From Methanomicrobia archaeon DTU008 (GTDB lineage: Archaea; Thermoplasmatota; Thermoplasmata; Methanomassiliicoccales; Methanomassiliicoccaceae), in assembly GCA_001512965.1 (NCBI GenBank), contig LFRW01000043.1, positions 23,287 through 87,286 of the forward strand: a stretch of 64,000 nt of DNA, given 5' to 3'. Under the pieces are notes generated by a model. That model did no database searches. It was not told the DNA's origin and was given only the letters and a program-made list of their open reading frames with translations. Made by a program: the position numbers and the translations under genes. Positions 1-8,205 of the stretch are shown here, one piece after another (within the stretch, counting starts at the first letter, position 1; every line of letters begins with the position of its first letter).

Positions 1-115
1 CGGGGCGGGTGAGCGCTATTTGGGTGCCCTCCATGTACGGCTCGCCCTTTATAGCATCGCCGAGGGCGGTGCCGTCCGCAACTTCGACCTCCCTACCATT
101 CAGTCGGATCAACAT
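1..115 (-). CDS. 5-prime end of an unidentified gene running off the left edge (N-terminus MLIRLNGREVEVADGTALGDAIKGEPYMEGTQIALTRP)
   Basis: Own minus-strand translation: ATG at 115-113, open to position 1. The start looks beta-grasp-like (IRLNGxEVEV). A TATTAAT-like box lies at about 143-149 on the minus strand, roughly 30 nt upstream. Too short for the ORF track; identity not assignable. Confidence 0.3.
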   Translation of the reverse strand, partial: MLIRLNGREVEVADGTALGDAIKGEPYMEGTQIALTRP

Positions 116-212
116 CTGGTCATCCAGTGATAGGGTGAACGAATTAATAGCCTTTCGCCGGATTGCTGAACGGGGAGTGGAAAATATAAAATCCAGACTA
201 AGCGATGTATCA

Positions 213-788
213 ATCGTGTCATCGAAACGGGAAACTGTTCTGGCCAACGTGGAGAAGGTCGTCCTAAGCATCCCTGGCGTCGAAGGGGTCAGGTTCCTTG
301 AGCCAGAGCTTAAGGAGGAGCTTACCCGTTTGGAGCTTCAAGCGGAACGGAACGGCGCCTGCGGTGGCCTGATACCGTTTCGAAATGGAGGGGTCTGGGC
401 GGCCCTCTCCCGCGAGGTGAGCCTGCTTGTCATCGGCAATGCTCATATGATTGTCGACAACGAGGGGCTGTTATACATGATGGATACCTCCGGACAGGTT
501 ATCGGAGAGTATGTGCCCCCGCACCTCAGGGAGAAGTTCATGAAGGAGAATCCATCGGCGAACTTCCTATCGGAGGATTTCGTGCTCCACTCCGATGTGA
601 CCGTCCAGGGCGAGCCGTACTTCCTCATCGACGAGATCGGCTTCCCTTACCTGGAAGGAGTGGAAGGAATAACGAGGATCACATCGGGCAGCGTATCCAC
701 CCTGTCGGATGACAGGATGCGCTCACTGCTGGGCTTCGAAGGACCGAACCTCTGGACCCATCTCGTTGGCTTCGATATCCTGCCCTGA
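213..788 (+). CDS. conserved hypothetical protein, paralog of 8206-8766 (about 190 aa)
   Basis: ORF track 9-788. The part alignable to the 186-aa paralog begins near VSSKRETVLANVEKV. I therefore prefer the in-frame GTG at 213, about 30 nt downstream of AAAATATAAAAT (170-181). Shared blocks: EYVPPHLREKFM/EEVLPHFKKEFL, FLSEDFVLH/WLSEEFVMY, PYLEGVEG/FPEVEEFG. No family recognised. Confidence 0.55.
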   Translation: MVSSKRETVLANVEKVVLSIPGVEGVRFLEPELKEELTRLELQAERNGACGGLIPFRNGGVWAALSREVSLLVIGNAHMIVDNEGLLYMMDTSGQVIGEYVPPHLREKFMKENPSANFLSEDFVLHSDVTVQGEPYFLIDEIGFPYLEGVEGITRITSGSVSTLSDDRMRSLLGFEGPNLWTHLVGFDILP

Positions 789-1391
789 TCACAGATGCTT
801 CCGCACCTTGGAGACTATCTCGTCCAGCTTGTGCTGGGGACTGTTCGCCCCTCGGATGACACCTGTCACTATCTCCACTATCTCTCCCTTGGTGGCGACA
901 TCTTCCTCCCTGGGGCGGACCACCCGGGTCTTCACGCCGATGCGGGCGAAGTCCTCGAAGTCCACCGGTGCCTGACACACCACCACGGCCGGTAGGTCCA
1001 CGTTTCTAAGGATGAGTCGGGCCTTGTAGATGATGTGGTTCCTGACATTGCCCAGATGGATCAATGCCAGTTTGAACTGCTGGATGCGGTCGACCTCCAA
1101 CTGGTCAAGGCCGAATATGGAACCCGTGCTCATATCAGGCGCATCGGCGGGGACGCCGGCGCCCGCATTGATCACGATGACGCTGGTGTCGATGCCTTCT
1201 TCACGGAGCGCATAGGTGATCTCACAAACCGGCTTCGTGATGTGGCGCTTGCCGGGGCCCATGGCCACTGCCACCACGTCCCTTCCGCTCTCGGAGATGG
1301 TGGCCCTCTGTGCCAGCCCGCCTCCCACGCCGAGCCCTCGGGACTCCCGGCATTCCACGAAGCTGAGATGTCGGCCGATCTTTGCCTTCAT
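789..1391 (-). CDS. mcrC: methyl-coenzyme M reductase operon protein C (McrC)
   Basis: 200 aa with McrC hallmarks: [73 protein letters not shown]. The start overlaps the atwA stop by 4 nt. Confidence 0.9.
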   Translation of the reverse strand: MKAKIGRHLSFVECRESRGLGVGGGLAQRATISESGRDVVAVAMGPGKRHITKPVCEITYALREEGIDTSVIVINAGAGVPADAPDMSTGSIFGLDQLEVDRIQQFKLALIHLGNVRNHIIYKARLILRNVDLPAVVVCQAPVDFEDFARIGVKTRVVRPREEDVATKGEIVEIVTGVIRGANSPQHKLDEIVSKVRKHL

Positions 1392-3013
1392 TCTTCAGCA
1401 CCGCCCTCTAGCATGATGCGGGCCTCTCTATCGGTGAGGTGGGCAACGATCTCCTCCGGCTTGCCTATCGATACCACCTTGCCATCCTTCATGAAGACGG
1501 CTCGGTCGCAGCAATTGATGACGAAATCCATGTCGTGCGAGACGATGAGGAAGGTCTCGCCCAGTTCCTTTCGTGCGGTCAGGACCGATTTGGCCACCGA
1601 CAGTTTGGTGATCGGGTCCATCGTACCGGTGGGCTCGTCGAGGATGACCAGTCTCGGCTCGCGTATGAGCACCTGGGCCAGTGCGACCCTTTGCTTCTCC
1701 CCCACCGATAACGTGTCAGGATAGGCGTACAATATGCGATCGACCTGCGTCCGTGTGAAGCCTACGGCCAAGAGGGTCTGTATCGCCTTCATCTTGGCGA
1801 GTTCGGCAGGAAGATTGATGCCAATGCATACGGTGAGGTTCTGAAGGATGGTATCGAAAGGATAGAGCGTGAACTCCTGATGCAAGATGCCGATGTACTG
1901 GGTGGCCCTCCCCCTCCCCTCTGGCCCAGGGACGGACATGTCGACCCAATCATCCCCGACCCTCACGGACACCTTCCCATCGGAGACGACGTTCAGACCG
2001 GCGATGAGCCGCGAGAGCGTTGTCTTGCCGGCACCGCTGAGGCCCACCAGGCCGATTATCTCCTTCTCGTTCACATCGAAGGTCACTCCGTCGACCGCCT
2101 TGACGACGCCCCTCGCGTAGGAGTAGAAGTATCTCTTGGCATTTTCGATCCGTATCAATGGCTGCCCGACGTCCACCTCTTTCTCGATGTTGGGCTCGAA
2201 GCCCACCATGAACTCCTTTGTAACCTCCTCAGGAGGACCGATCTTCATCATCTCCCCCGATTCGAGCCATATGGCGCGGTCCGCCATCATGTTGATGGCC
2301 TTGGGCCAGTGCGACGTTACGACCATGGCCATGCCGCTTTCCCTGACGGCCTTCACCAAGGTCTCATGGACCATATCGGCGGTTTGAGGGTCCAGCGTCC
2401 CCGTCGGCTCGTCCGCCAGGAATAGCAGGGGGTTGCGGGCCAGTTGGCGTGCGAGGACGCACCTCTGCTTCTCGCCTCCCGACAGGTCGCGGGCGATGTG
2501 GGTCACCCGATGCTGGAGGTTGACCATGTTGAGAAGTTCAAGGGAGCGATCTATCTTCCTATGGTCGTCCATGTCCGGACCGAGGGCTTCGAAGATGTTC
2601 TCGATGACGGACATGTCGCCGAAGAGTGCAAAGGTCCTCTGGAGCATGATGGCGATGCGGCGATGGATCGCACCGCGCAGCGGGTCATCCTTGTCGAGGG
2701 CCCAGAAGTCGATCTCTTGGACCTCCATATCCTTGCCGCACTTGCCGCATTTCCTTCCCGGGAACGGAAGGTCGAGATGACCGCAAGTGTTGCATGTGTT
2801 GAAACGATATATCACTGAGCCAGCGTCAGGCCGGTATTCCTCGGTCCCTCTCAGCATGTTGATGAGGACCGATTTCCCGGCGCCGCTCCTCCCGATGAGT
2901 CCAAGGATCTCGCCAAGATGAATAGTAGCACTGATATCTCTCAGGACATAATTGCCACCAAACTTCTTGCTGACGTTGTTGATGACTATGAATGCCTCTG
3001 CGCCCTCTGCCAT
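1388..3013 (-). CDS. atwA: methyl-coenzyme M reductase system component A2 (double ABC ATPase, AtwA)
   Basis: 541 aa with two ABC ATPase modules (Walker A GRSGAGKS and GLSGAGKT; signatures LSGGEKQR and LSVGEKQR). A CxxC...CxxC zinc-ribbon insert (CNTCGH...CGKCGK) sits in module 1. Sits immediately upstream of mcrC. TATATAG box at 3032-3038 (minus), 17 nt before the ATG. Confidence 0.88.
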   Translation of the reverse strand: MAEGAEAFIVINNVSKKFGGNYVLRDISATIHLGEILGLIGRSGAGKSVLINMLRGTEEYRPDAGSVIYRFNTCNTCGHLDLPFPGRKCGKCGKDMEVQEIDFWALDKDDPLRGAIHRRIAIMLQRTFALFGDMSVIENIFEALGPDMDDHRKIDRSLELLNMVNLQHRVTHIARDLSGGEKQRCVLARQLARNPLLFLADEPTGTLDPQTADMVHETLVKAVRESGMAMVVTSHWPKAINMMADRAIWLESGEMMKIGPPEEVTKEFMVGFEPNIEKEVDVGQPLIRIENAKRYFYSYARGVVKAVDGVTFDVNEKEIIGLVGLSGAGKTTLSRLIAGLNVVSDGKVSVRVGDDWVDMSVPGPEGRGRATQYIGILHQEFTLYPFDTILQNLTVCIGINLPAELAKMKAIQTLLAVGFTRTQVDRILYAYPDTLSVGEKQRVALAQVLIREPRLVILDEPTGTMDPITKLSVAKSVLTARKELGETFLIVSHDMDFVINCCDRAVFMKDGKVVSIGKPEEIVAHLTDREARIMLEGGAEE

Positions 3014-3133
3014 ATGATTCTGGTAAAGAGCTATATACCGTTTAAACCCTTTGTCGAATGCGCATGAGGCCTAGGCAGGGAATTAACGATAGATGGGTCC
3101 AGTCGTCGAGGTCCGATGGGCAGGGTGGCACAC

Positions 3134-4516
3134 TCAAGGCATGTCCAGGCCCTGCTTGCGCAGCATATCCACCACCGTCTCGTAGATCTTGAGATATTCC
3201 TTGGTGGGGGTCACCCTCCGGACGTTGTAGCACTCCTGGAACGTCCTTCCGGCCGGAGCGGTCAGGAACCTGCGCTCATAGCGTCTCAGCAGCCTCTGCA
3301 GGATGTCGTTCACCTCTCCCAGGTCCATGCCGGCGGCGGCCTGGGCGACCTCGCCCAGCATGCGGGCATCCATGCCCGAGGTGTGGTCCTCCAGCACGCC
3401 CTTGGCCGATGCGCAGCCTGACATGAGCTCCCTTCCGCTGGCGGTGTCCAGGATGGCCTGGGTGGCGATCTCGGTCAGGCACATCTCGGTGCACGGCCCC
3501 GAGATGGGATAGTATTGGTTAGCGATCAGGAGGTCGGTGTTGTGATCGATGGCCGCCGCCACGTGCCCGGCTATCTGCAGGGTCTCGCGGGAGGTGGTGG
3601 TCCCCCACCGGATGTGGATCGGCCCGTCCAGATGATAGCTGGCATTGAGCAGGGTGAACGAGGCCAACGTGGTGGCGACGTCGCATATGGCCGTCTCCTC
3701 GATCCCCCCGATGTAGCCGCCGAAGATGGGCATCTGCTCCACCATGATGACGTTGCCGTTGTGGAGCCACCCGGCGATCATGCTGAGGGACGCGTTGTCG
3801 ATCTTGAGCTCGTTGAGCTGGGACACCTCATGGCTGTCGCACGGGCGCAGCCCGCCCTTGGAGTCGCTAGCGAGACGTCCCGCCGCGGACAGCGGAGTCT
3901 CAGGTCCCTATATGGCGATGTCGGGCCTGCCCGCCCGGCTGCAAGCCTCGCGGACGGCCCGTATCTCGGCCAGGGCGGCCTTGATCTCGAAGGGGGTGTT
4001 GGTCGCCGACGGTATCCCGTCGATGGTGGCCATGACGCCGTTCACGATGGTGTCCACCACCGGCTCCTGCGCATAGCTCTGGAACATGGGCACGAAGATG
4101 TCCTCGGAGACGGTGGCGCCCGTCGGTCCTCCCTGGATGATCGGTTTTCTCCGGGAGTTGCCCTTGCGGGGCTCCAGCAGGACCATGTCCTTGTTGGCGC
4201 CCAGCTGGATGCGCTTGGGCGCATTGCGGATGGCCGCCATCACCTCGTCCTCGGTGACGTTGATGACCTTTCCCGAGTCCACGTTGAAAATGCCGGTCGA
4301 CACCAGCATGTCCACCCCGGCCCGGAACAGCCGGTCGATCAGGTCCCGGTCGGTGGGGATGAGGTCCTCGCCGAAGACGATCTCGTGCTTCTCCTTGATC
4401 CTCAGCGCCGCGTCTGGGACCACCTTGTTGTCCCAGACGTTCTCGGTCATATTAGGCCCCTTCTCGGAGCGAAGATAAGTATCATAGACGGTAAGCGCTT
4501 TCTCGATCGGTGCCAA
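3134..4516 (-). CDS. mtmB: monomethylamine:corrinoid methyltransferase MtmB, translated through an in-frame UAG (pyrrolysine)
   Basis: ORFs 3908-4516 and 3134-3826 are in the same frame, separated by one TAG and 27 sense codons. The joined product is about 460 aa and collinear with Methanosarcina MtmB (GRPDIAI-UAG-GPETPLSA..., DSHEVSQLNELKID, EQMPIFGGYIGGIEET, NQYYPISGPCTEMCL, APAGRTFQECY). TTG start at 4516, 5 nt after GGAGGC. Confidence 0.9.
3908..3910 (-). other. in-frame amber codon, predicted pyrrolysine site of MtmB
   Basis: The plus strand reads cta (TAG on minus) at codon 203. The flanks AGRPDIAI / GPET match the position of the Pyl codon (residue 202) in Methanosarcina barkeri MtmB. 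Confidence 0.85.
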
Positions 4517-4532
4517 GCTTAGCCTCCAGTGT

Positions 4533-5192
4533 TCAACGGAGGAGCCGCTCTATGGTGGCCACCACCTCTGCGCCGCACGCGCAGTGGGCATCGCCGCCAA
4601 AGCTTTCCACCCATTTCGGGGTGCAACACGCGCCCCCGAATATAGTTTTAACGTCGAACATCCTCTCCGCCTTCAGGCGCTCGACGATCCTCTTCTGGCA
4701 CACCAGCGTGGTGGTCATGAGGGCCGACGCGCCGATGACGATGGCGCCCTTTTCCTTGGCGGTCTGGACGAAATCTTCCGGGGGGACGTCCTTCCCCAGA
4801 TCGATGACCGTATATCCTGAGCCGCGGAGGAAGGCGCATACCACGTGCTTCCCTATCTCGTGTATGTCCCCCTGCACCGTCCCCATGACCACCACGCCCT
4901 TGGTGGGGATACAATCTCCCGACAGGTAGGGCTCGAAGACCTTCATCCCCTCCTCCATGGCCTTGGAGGCGGCCAGCACCTGCGGCAGGAAGATCTTTCC
5001 CTCGTTGAACCGCTTGCTGATGCTCACCATTCCCAGGCCCAGGCCCTTTTCGATGGCCTCGAGTGGGTCGATGTTCAACCTCAGGGCCTCGTTGGCCGCC
5101 TCTCGCGCCAGCTGGAACCAGGACCTCATGCTCATGGGCGTGATCTGTGCCATCACGGTGGTCATTGCCATAGGTGTGTTCTTAGGAACCAT
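4533..5192 (-). CDS. mtmC: monomethylamine corrinoid protein MtmC (B12-binding)
   Basis: Has the DxHxxG cobalamin motif (GDIHEIGKHVV) and the downstream Rossmann half (GAIVIGASALMTTTL, FGGA). The cap region reads EALRLNIDPLEAIEKGL and FLPQVLAASKAM. Sits directly upstream of mtmB. Start uncertain: ATG at 5192, 5171, 5135 or 5129; the ORF track opens at 5273. Confidence 0.85.
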   Translation of the reverse strand: MVPKNTPMAMTTVMAQITPMSMRSWFQLAREAANEALRLNIDPLEAIEKGLGLGMVSISKRFNEGKIFLPQVLAASKAMEEGMKVFEPYLSGDCIPTKGVVVMGTVQGDIHEIGKHVVCAFLRGSGYTVIDLGKDVPPEDFVQTAKEKGAIVIGASALMTTTLVCQKRIVERLKAERMFDVKTIFGGACCTPKWVESFGGDAHCACGAEVVATIERLLR

Positions 5193-6033
5193 CAAGATGT
5201 GGCAGTACCTCCTGGCGGGAGTCCTGTTCGCCCCCGTGTTCGTGGCCCTGGAGTACTTCCTGTTCACGGTCATGGATGCGACCGATCCCGGTGGATCGAT
5301 GCTTGTTCACATGTGCGCTGCCTACTTCGGTCTGGGTGTCGCGTTGGCCGTCCGGGAGAAGCGGGCGTTCGACGAACCTATGTACACCACGACGCACAGC
5401 GTGTCGTTCGTTTGGCTGGCATCGATGCTTCTGTGGATGCTGTGGCCGTCCTTCGTGACCGCCCTGCTGCCCTCTGACCAGGTCACCTGGGGTATGATCA
5501 CCTGCTACATGGCAGGTCTCGGTTCGATCATAACCACGTACCTGATCTGCCAGATCGTCCAGAAGAAGGTCAACCCGCTCATCTACACCTATGCGATGCT
5601 GGCAGGACCAGTCGCCATCGGCTCTCCCCTGCTGTCGGTGAACCAATGGGGCGCGCTGGTCGTCGGTCTGGTGGCTGGTGCCATTTCGGCGCTGTCGTTC
5701 ATCTACCTGCAGCCCAGGCTGTGCAAGTTCCTGGGCGTCCTCGACGTGATGGGCGTCCACAACCTGCACGGCGTGGCCGGGTGGATAGGTGCGCTGTCCA
5801 TCGTGGTGATCACTGGGACCTTTACCAATGCCATAGCGGCCGTTGGAACCATGGTCATCACGCTTGTCGGCGGCCTCATCGCGGGCATCATCATCCGGGC
5901 GACCCGTGGCAAGATACCTGATGAGGACCTGTTCAGCGACGATGCTGACTTCATCAAGACCGAGGCGCCGCCAGAGCAGACGCTTCCCCGGGAGGTGATC
6001 ATGGGGACCGAAGGGTCCCAGAAGACCGCCTGA
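5134..6033 (+). CDS. Rh-family (Rh50-like) ammonium/ammonia channel, N-terminally truncated relative to the family (possible gene remnant)
   Basis: Rh signatures DPGGSMLVHMCAAYFGLGV, LLWMLWPSF and DVMGVHNLHGVAGWIGAL. The Asp/His motif lies only about 50 residues from the first usable Met, versus about 160-175 in full-length Amt/Rh proteins. Upstream frame (to 4957) is antisense to mtmC. Start could be 5128, 5134 or 5197. Confidence 0.65.
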   Translation: MGVICAITVVIAIGVFLGTIKMWQYLLAGVLFAPVFVALEYFLFTVMDATDPGGSMLVHMCAAYFGLGVALAVREKRAFDEPMYTTTHSVSFVWLASMLLWMLWPSFVTALLPSDQVTWGMITCYMAGLGSIITTYLICQIVQKKVNPLIYTYAMLAGPVAIGSPLLSVNQWGALVVGLVAGAISALSFIYLQPRLCKFLGVLDVMGVHNLHGVAGWIGALSIVVITGTFTNAIAAVGTMVITLVGGLIAGIIIRATRGKIPDEDLFSDDADFIKTEAPPEQTLPREVIMGTEGSQKTA

Positions 6034-6037
6034 AGGT

Positions 6038-6054
6038 AGGTGGAGTTCGCACCT
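6038..6054 (+). terminator. short hairpin AGGTG-N7-CACCT followed by CTTT, just after the Rh stop
   Basis: Inverted repeat read directly, 5 nt downstream of the TGA at 6031-6033. Weak: 5-bp stem and a short T run. Confidence 0.25.
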
Positions 6055-6085
6055 CTTTAGTAGCCCAAAGCTATGATTCCGCCGT

Positions 6086-6118
6086 AAACCTTTTCCAAAC
6101 CCCTTCCAAACCCTTTCC
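6086..6118. repeat. three tandem 11-nt units AAACCTTTTCC / AAACCCCTTCC / AAACCCTTTCC
   Basis: Read directly. The period is about one helical turn. Located 50-80 nt upstream of the TATA box of the 6199 gene. Confidence 0.8.
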
Positions 6119-6167
6119 GATCTTCTTCAATCACACCATTGCCTCGTTCGACGTGTCGATATCAAGC

Positions 6168-6190
6168 TTTATAGGATGGATGCACCATCC
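6168..6190 (+). promoter_or_regulatory. TATA box (TTTATA 6168-6173) abutting perfect palindrome GGATGG-ATGCA-CCATCC (6174-6190)
   Basis: The TATA lies about 28 nt before the ATG at 6199, implying a leaderless or near-leaderless transcript. The palindrome fills the TATA-to-start interval, a classic repressor position. The same motif recurs at 13567-13585 and 22166-22182. Confidence 0.6.
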
Positions 6191-6198
6191 AGGTTTAA

Positions 6199-7176
6199 AT
6201 GGCTCTCAGATTCCAATCATATACCGGTGGAGGACCTACTCCCAAGTTCTCACTTTTCCATGTCTGGAAGACGTATGATGTCCTCAATTCCCAGGGACCG
6301 ATCGGCAGAAAGGGTCTATCACAGATCCTTGACATCGGCGAGGGGAGCACGCGTACCATCCTAGACAAGATGATCCGGGAGGGCTCGGTGGAGAGTACTA
6401 AGAAAGGTGCGGTGTTAACCGAACGGGGACGAAAGATGTTCAGATCCTCTGGCATCTTCGCCGCGCCCATCAACATCGATGGATTGACCATCGGGCCGAA
6501 GAACTGCGCGGCATTGGTGAAGGGGATGGCGGACCGGATCGCCACTGGCTATGAGCAAAGGGATGAGGCGGTGCGCTCCGGGGCGATGGGTGCCACCACC
6601 TTGATAGTCAGGGACGGAAATGTGCTGTTCCCGGATGATTCCAACATTCCAGACCAGGCGACCTTCCAGCCTCTCAGGTCACTCTTCACCCTTGAAGATG
6701 GTGACGCCATCATCCTGGGTACCGCCCACAGTTATGAAGCGGCGGAGAAGGGAGCTGTGACCGCGGCACTCGCCCTCAGCGACACGACGCAACCCTGTTG
6801 GAGGGATGGTGCCACAAGTCTCATCTCCGCCGATACGGGAGCGGAGGATCTGAAATGCCTCGCGCTGGCCGTTCATGAGCTGGTGGGCCGAATGCCCGTA
6901 ACGATGAGGAGCCGCAACAACTACGGCGTCAGATGTGAGGACGGCGAGATCATCGACGATAAGTACACCGGCCCGGTCCTGGAGGAGGCGCTGAAGCGCA
7001 ATGCAGTGGTGCGCAGGACAGCCCCATCGGGAGTCTATCGCGGCGTACCAGTCGTCGTGGTCCCGATCATTCGAAAGAAGGAGGCCGTCGCCGTCTTCGG
7101 CGTGGTGGACATAACCAAGGGTGGAATGTTCGAGCTTATCTCCAAATCACGGAAGGAACGCGCCTTTCCACGATGA
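6199..7176 (+). CDS. putative transcription regulator: N-terminal winged helix-turn-helix plus C-terminal archaeal domain of unknown function (resembles DUF4443 + DUF2111 architecture)
   Basis: wHTH-like segment GRKGLSQILDIGEGSTRTILDKMIREGSVESTKKGAVLTERGRKMF. The C-terminal block reads YTGPVLEEALKRNAVVRRTAPSGVYRGVPVVVVPIIRKKEAVAVFGVVDITKG. DUF names are from memory, not searched. Confidence 0.5.
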   Translation: MALRFQSYTGGGPTPKFSLFHVWKTYDVLNSQGPIGRKGLSQILDIGEGSTRTILDKMIREGSVESTKKGAVLTERGRKMFRSSGIFAAPINIDGLTIGPKNCAALVKGMADRIATGYEQRDEAVRSGAMGATTLIVRDGNVLFPDDSNIPDQATFQPLRSLFTLEDGDAIILGTAHSYEAAEKGAVTAALALSDTTQPCWRDGATSLISADTGAEDLKCLALAVHELVGRMPVTMRSRNNYGVRCEDGEIIDDKYTGPVLEEALKRNAVVRRTAPSGVYRGVPVVVVPIIRKKEAVAVFGVVDITKGGMFELISKSRKERAFPR

Positions 7177-7245
7177 TGACCAGGCATGGGCGACCACACC
7201 GACCCTCTTGGAAAGGGTTAAGAGTTCGCTAGCATCTTCACACCC

Positions 7246-7590
7246 ATGGCATCCAGCGAGGAGAACGCTAGAAAGACCCGCCTCTGCGTGGACGCAGGCG
7301 TCTGCCGCTTCCACACCACCGTTCGGGCCTTCAGCGATGATGAGGGTAACATATTGTACGAGATCGAGAGCGAGTGCCCGCACGCAAGTAAGATCCAGGA
7401 TAACATCCCTCGAGAGATGACACCATTTGACGTCATGAAGATGCCCTTCTCCGAAAATCCCATCTATGAGTGCTGCGGGAAGGTCCTCCCGCATTCGGCC
7501 TGTCCGGTGCCTTCAGCGTTGATAAAGGCCGCTGAGGTCGCCGCGGGATTCGGCTTGAAGAGGCGTGTTTGCATGACGTTCGAGGATTAG
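7246..7590 (+). CDS. small cysteine-rich hypothetical protein (114 aa, 7 Cys)
   Basis: ORF with Cys clusters CVDAGVC, ESECPH, YECCGKVLPHSACPVP. No family recognised. Ends in TAG. Confidence 0.45.
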   Translation: MASSEENARKTRLCVDAGVCRFHTTVRAFSDDEGNILYEIESECPHASKIQDNIPREMTPFDVMKMPFSENPIYECCGKVLPHSACPVPSALIKAAEVAAGFGLKRRVCMTFED

Positions 7591-7916
7591 TCAGCCTCTA
7601 GCGGCCCTCCCAGGATCGCATCCACCTTTTCAGACCAGACCACGGTGGCGGGCCCGGCCAGATACATGGCTACGAGCATGGACTCCCTCAGCTCATCCAC
7701 CGTGGCTCCAAGCTCCTTGGCCCGTTCCGCCCATGTCTCGAGACAGGTATCGCATCGCATCAGGCACGAGATGCCTACGGCCATGAGGGCCTTCTCCTTC
7801 GAGCTTAGAGCCCCGTCACGAAATATCTCGTTCTTCAATTTGTACAGCGCATTTATCGCTGCCGGTTGCTGCTTGGCCAGCAGAGTTAAGCTCATAGCGT
7901 GAAAACTCCATGTCAC
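7587..7916 (-). CDS. carboxymuconolactone decarboxylase / AhpD-like family protein
   Basis: 109 aa with the CMD-family pattern LSSKEKALMAVGISCLMRCDTCLETW (CxxC redox motif). Confidence 0.7.
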   Translation of the reverse strand: MTWSFHAMSLTLLAKQQPAAINALYKLKNEIFRDGALSSKEKALMAVGISCLMRCDTCLETWAERAKELGATVDELRESMLVAMYLAGPATVVWSEKVDAILGGPLEAD

Positions 7917-8205
7917 ATATATTAACGATATCTCTCAGGTGGTCCCCATCCTGAGCTCATGAGAATTGGGCGGGGATGCAGCGCCGCGAAGAACATCCTC
8001 ACAATGGGATCCAGAGGAACCGGAAGGGAACGCCCGGATCGACGCTGTGGGCATTCGCGCTAATGCAATTGAATTGATGAATGCAATAGGGGTGGTGAAG
8101 AAGCCTTGACCTCGACCCCATGGGTCAGGTCGTTGATGGTTCACTCTCCTTTTGTCTAGAACCTGCAGCATCCTTTAAGAATCCAAAGACCGTTCGAGAT
8201 GGCAT

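Noticed and set aside
786-791. Palindromic TGATCA formed by back-to-back stop codons (also at 16407-16412)
   Set aside because: This is a trivial consequence of two convergent genes both ending in TGA with zero spacing. There is no evidence of a functional site.
3515-4522. 335-aa plus-strand ORF
   Set aside because: Antisense to mtmB. It would also span the Pyl codon region without any recognisable domain.
7588-7590. Possible Pyl read-through at other TAG stops (for example the Cys-rich ORF 7246-7590)
   Set aside because: The downstream in-frame sequence is merely the antisense of the AhpD-like gene and shows no homology continuation. Only mtmB shows collinear homology across its TAG.
7917-8205. 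290-bp spacer with AATGCAAT x2 and short inverted repeats (GCATT/AATGC, TGACC/GGTCA)
   Set aside because: The elements are short (5-8 nt) and unremarkable for this length. The region is probably just the divergent promoters of the AhpD-like gene and the 8206 gene.
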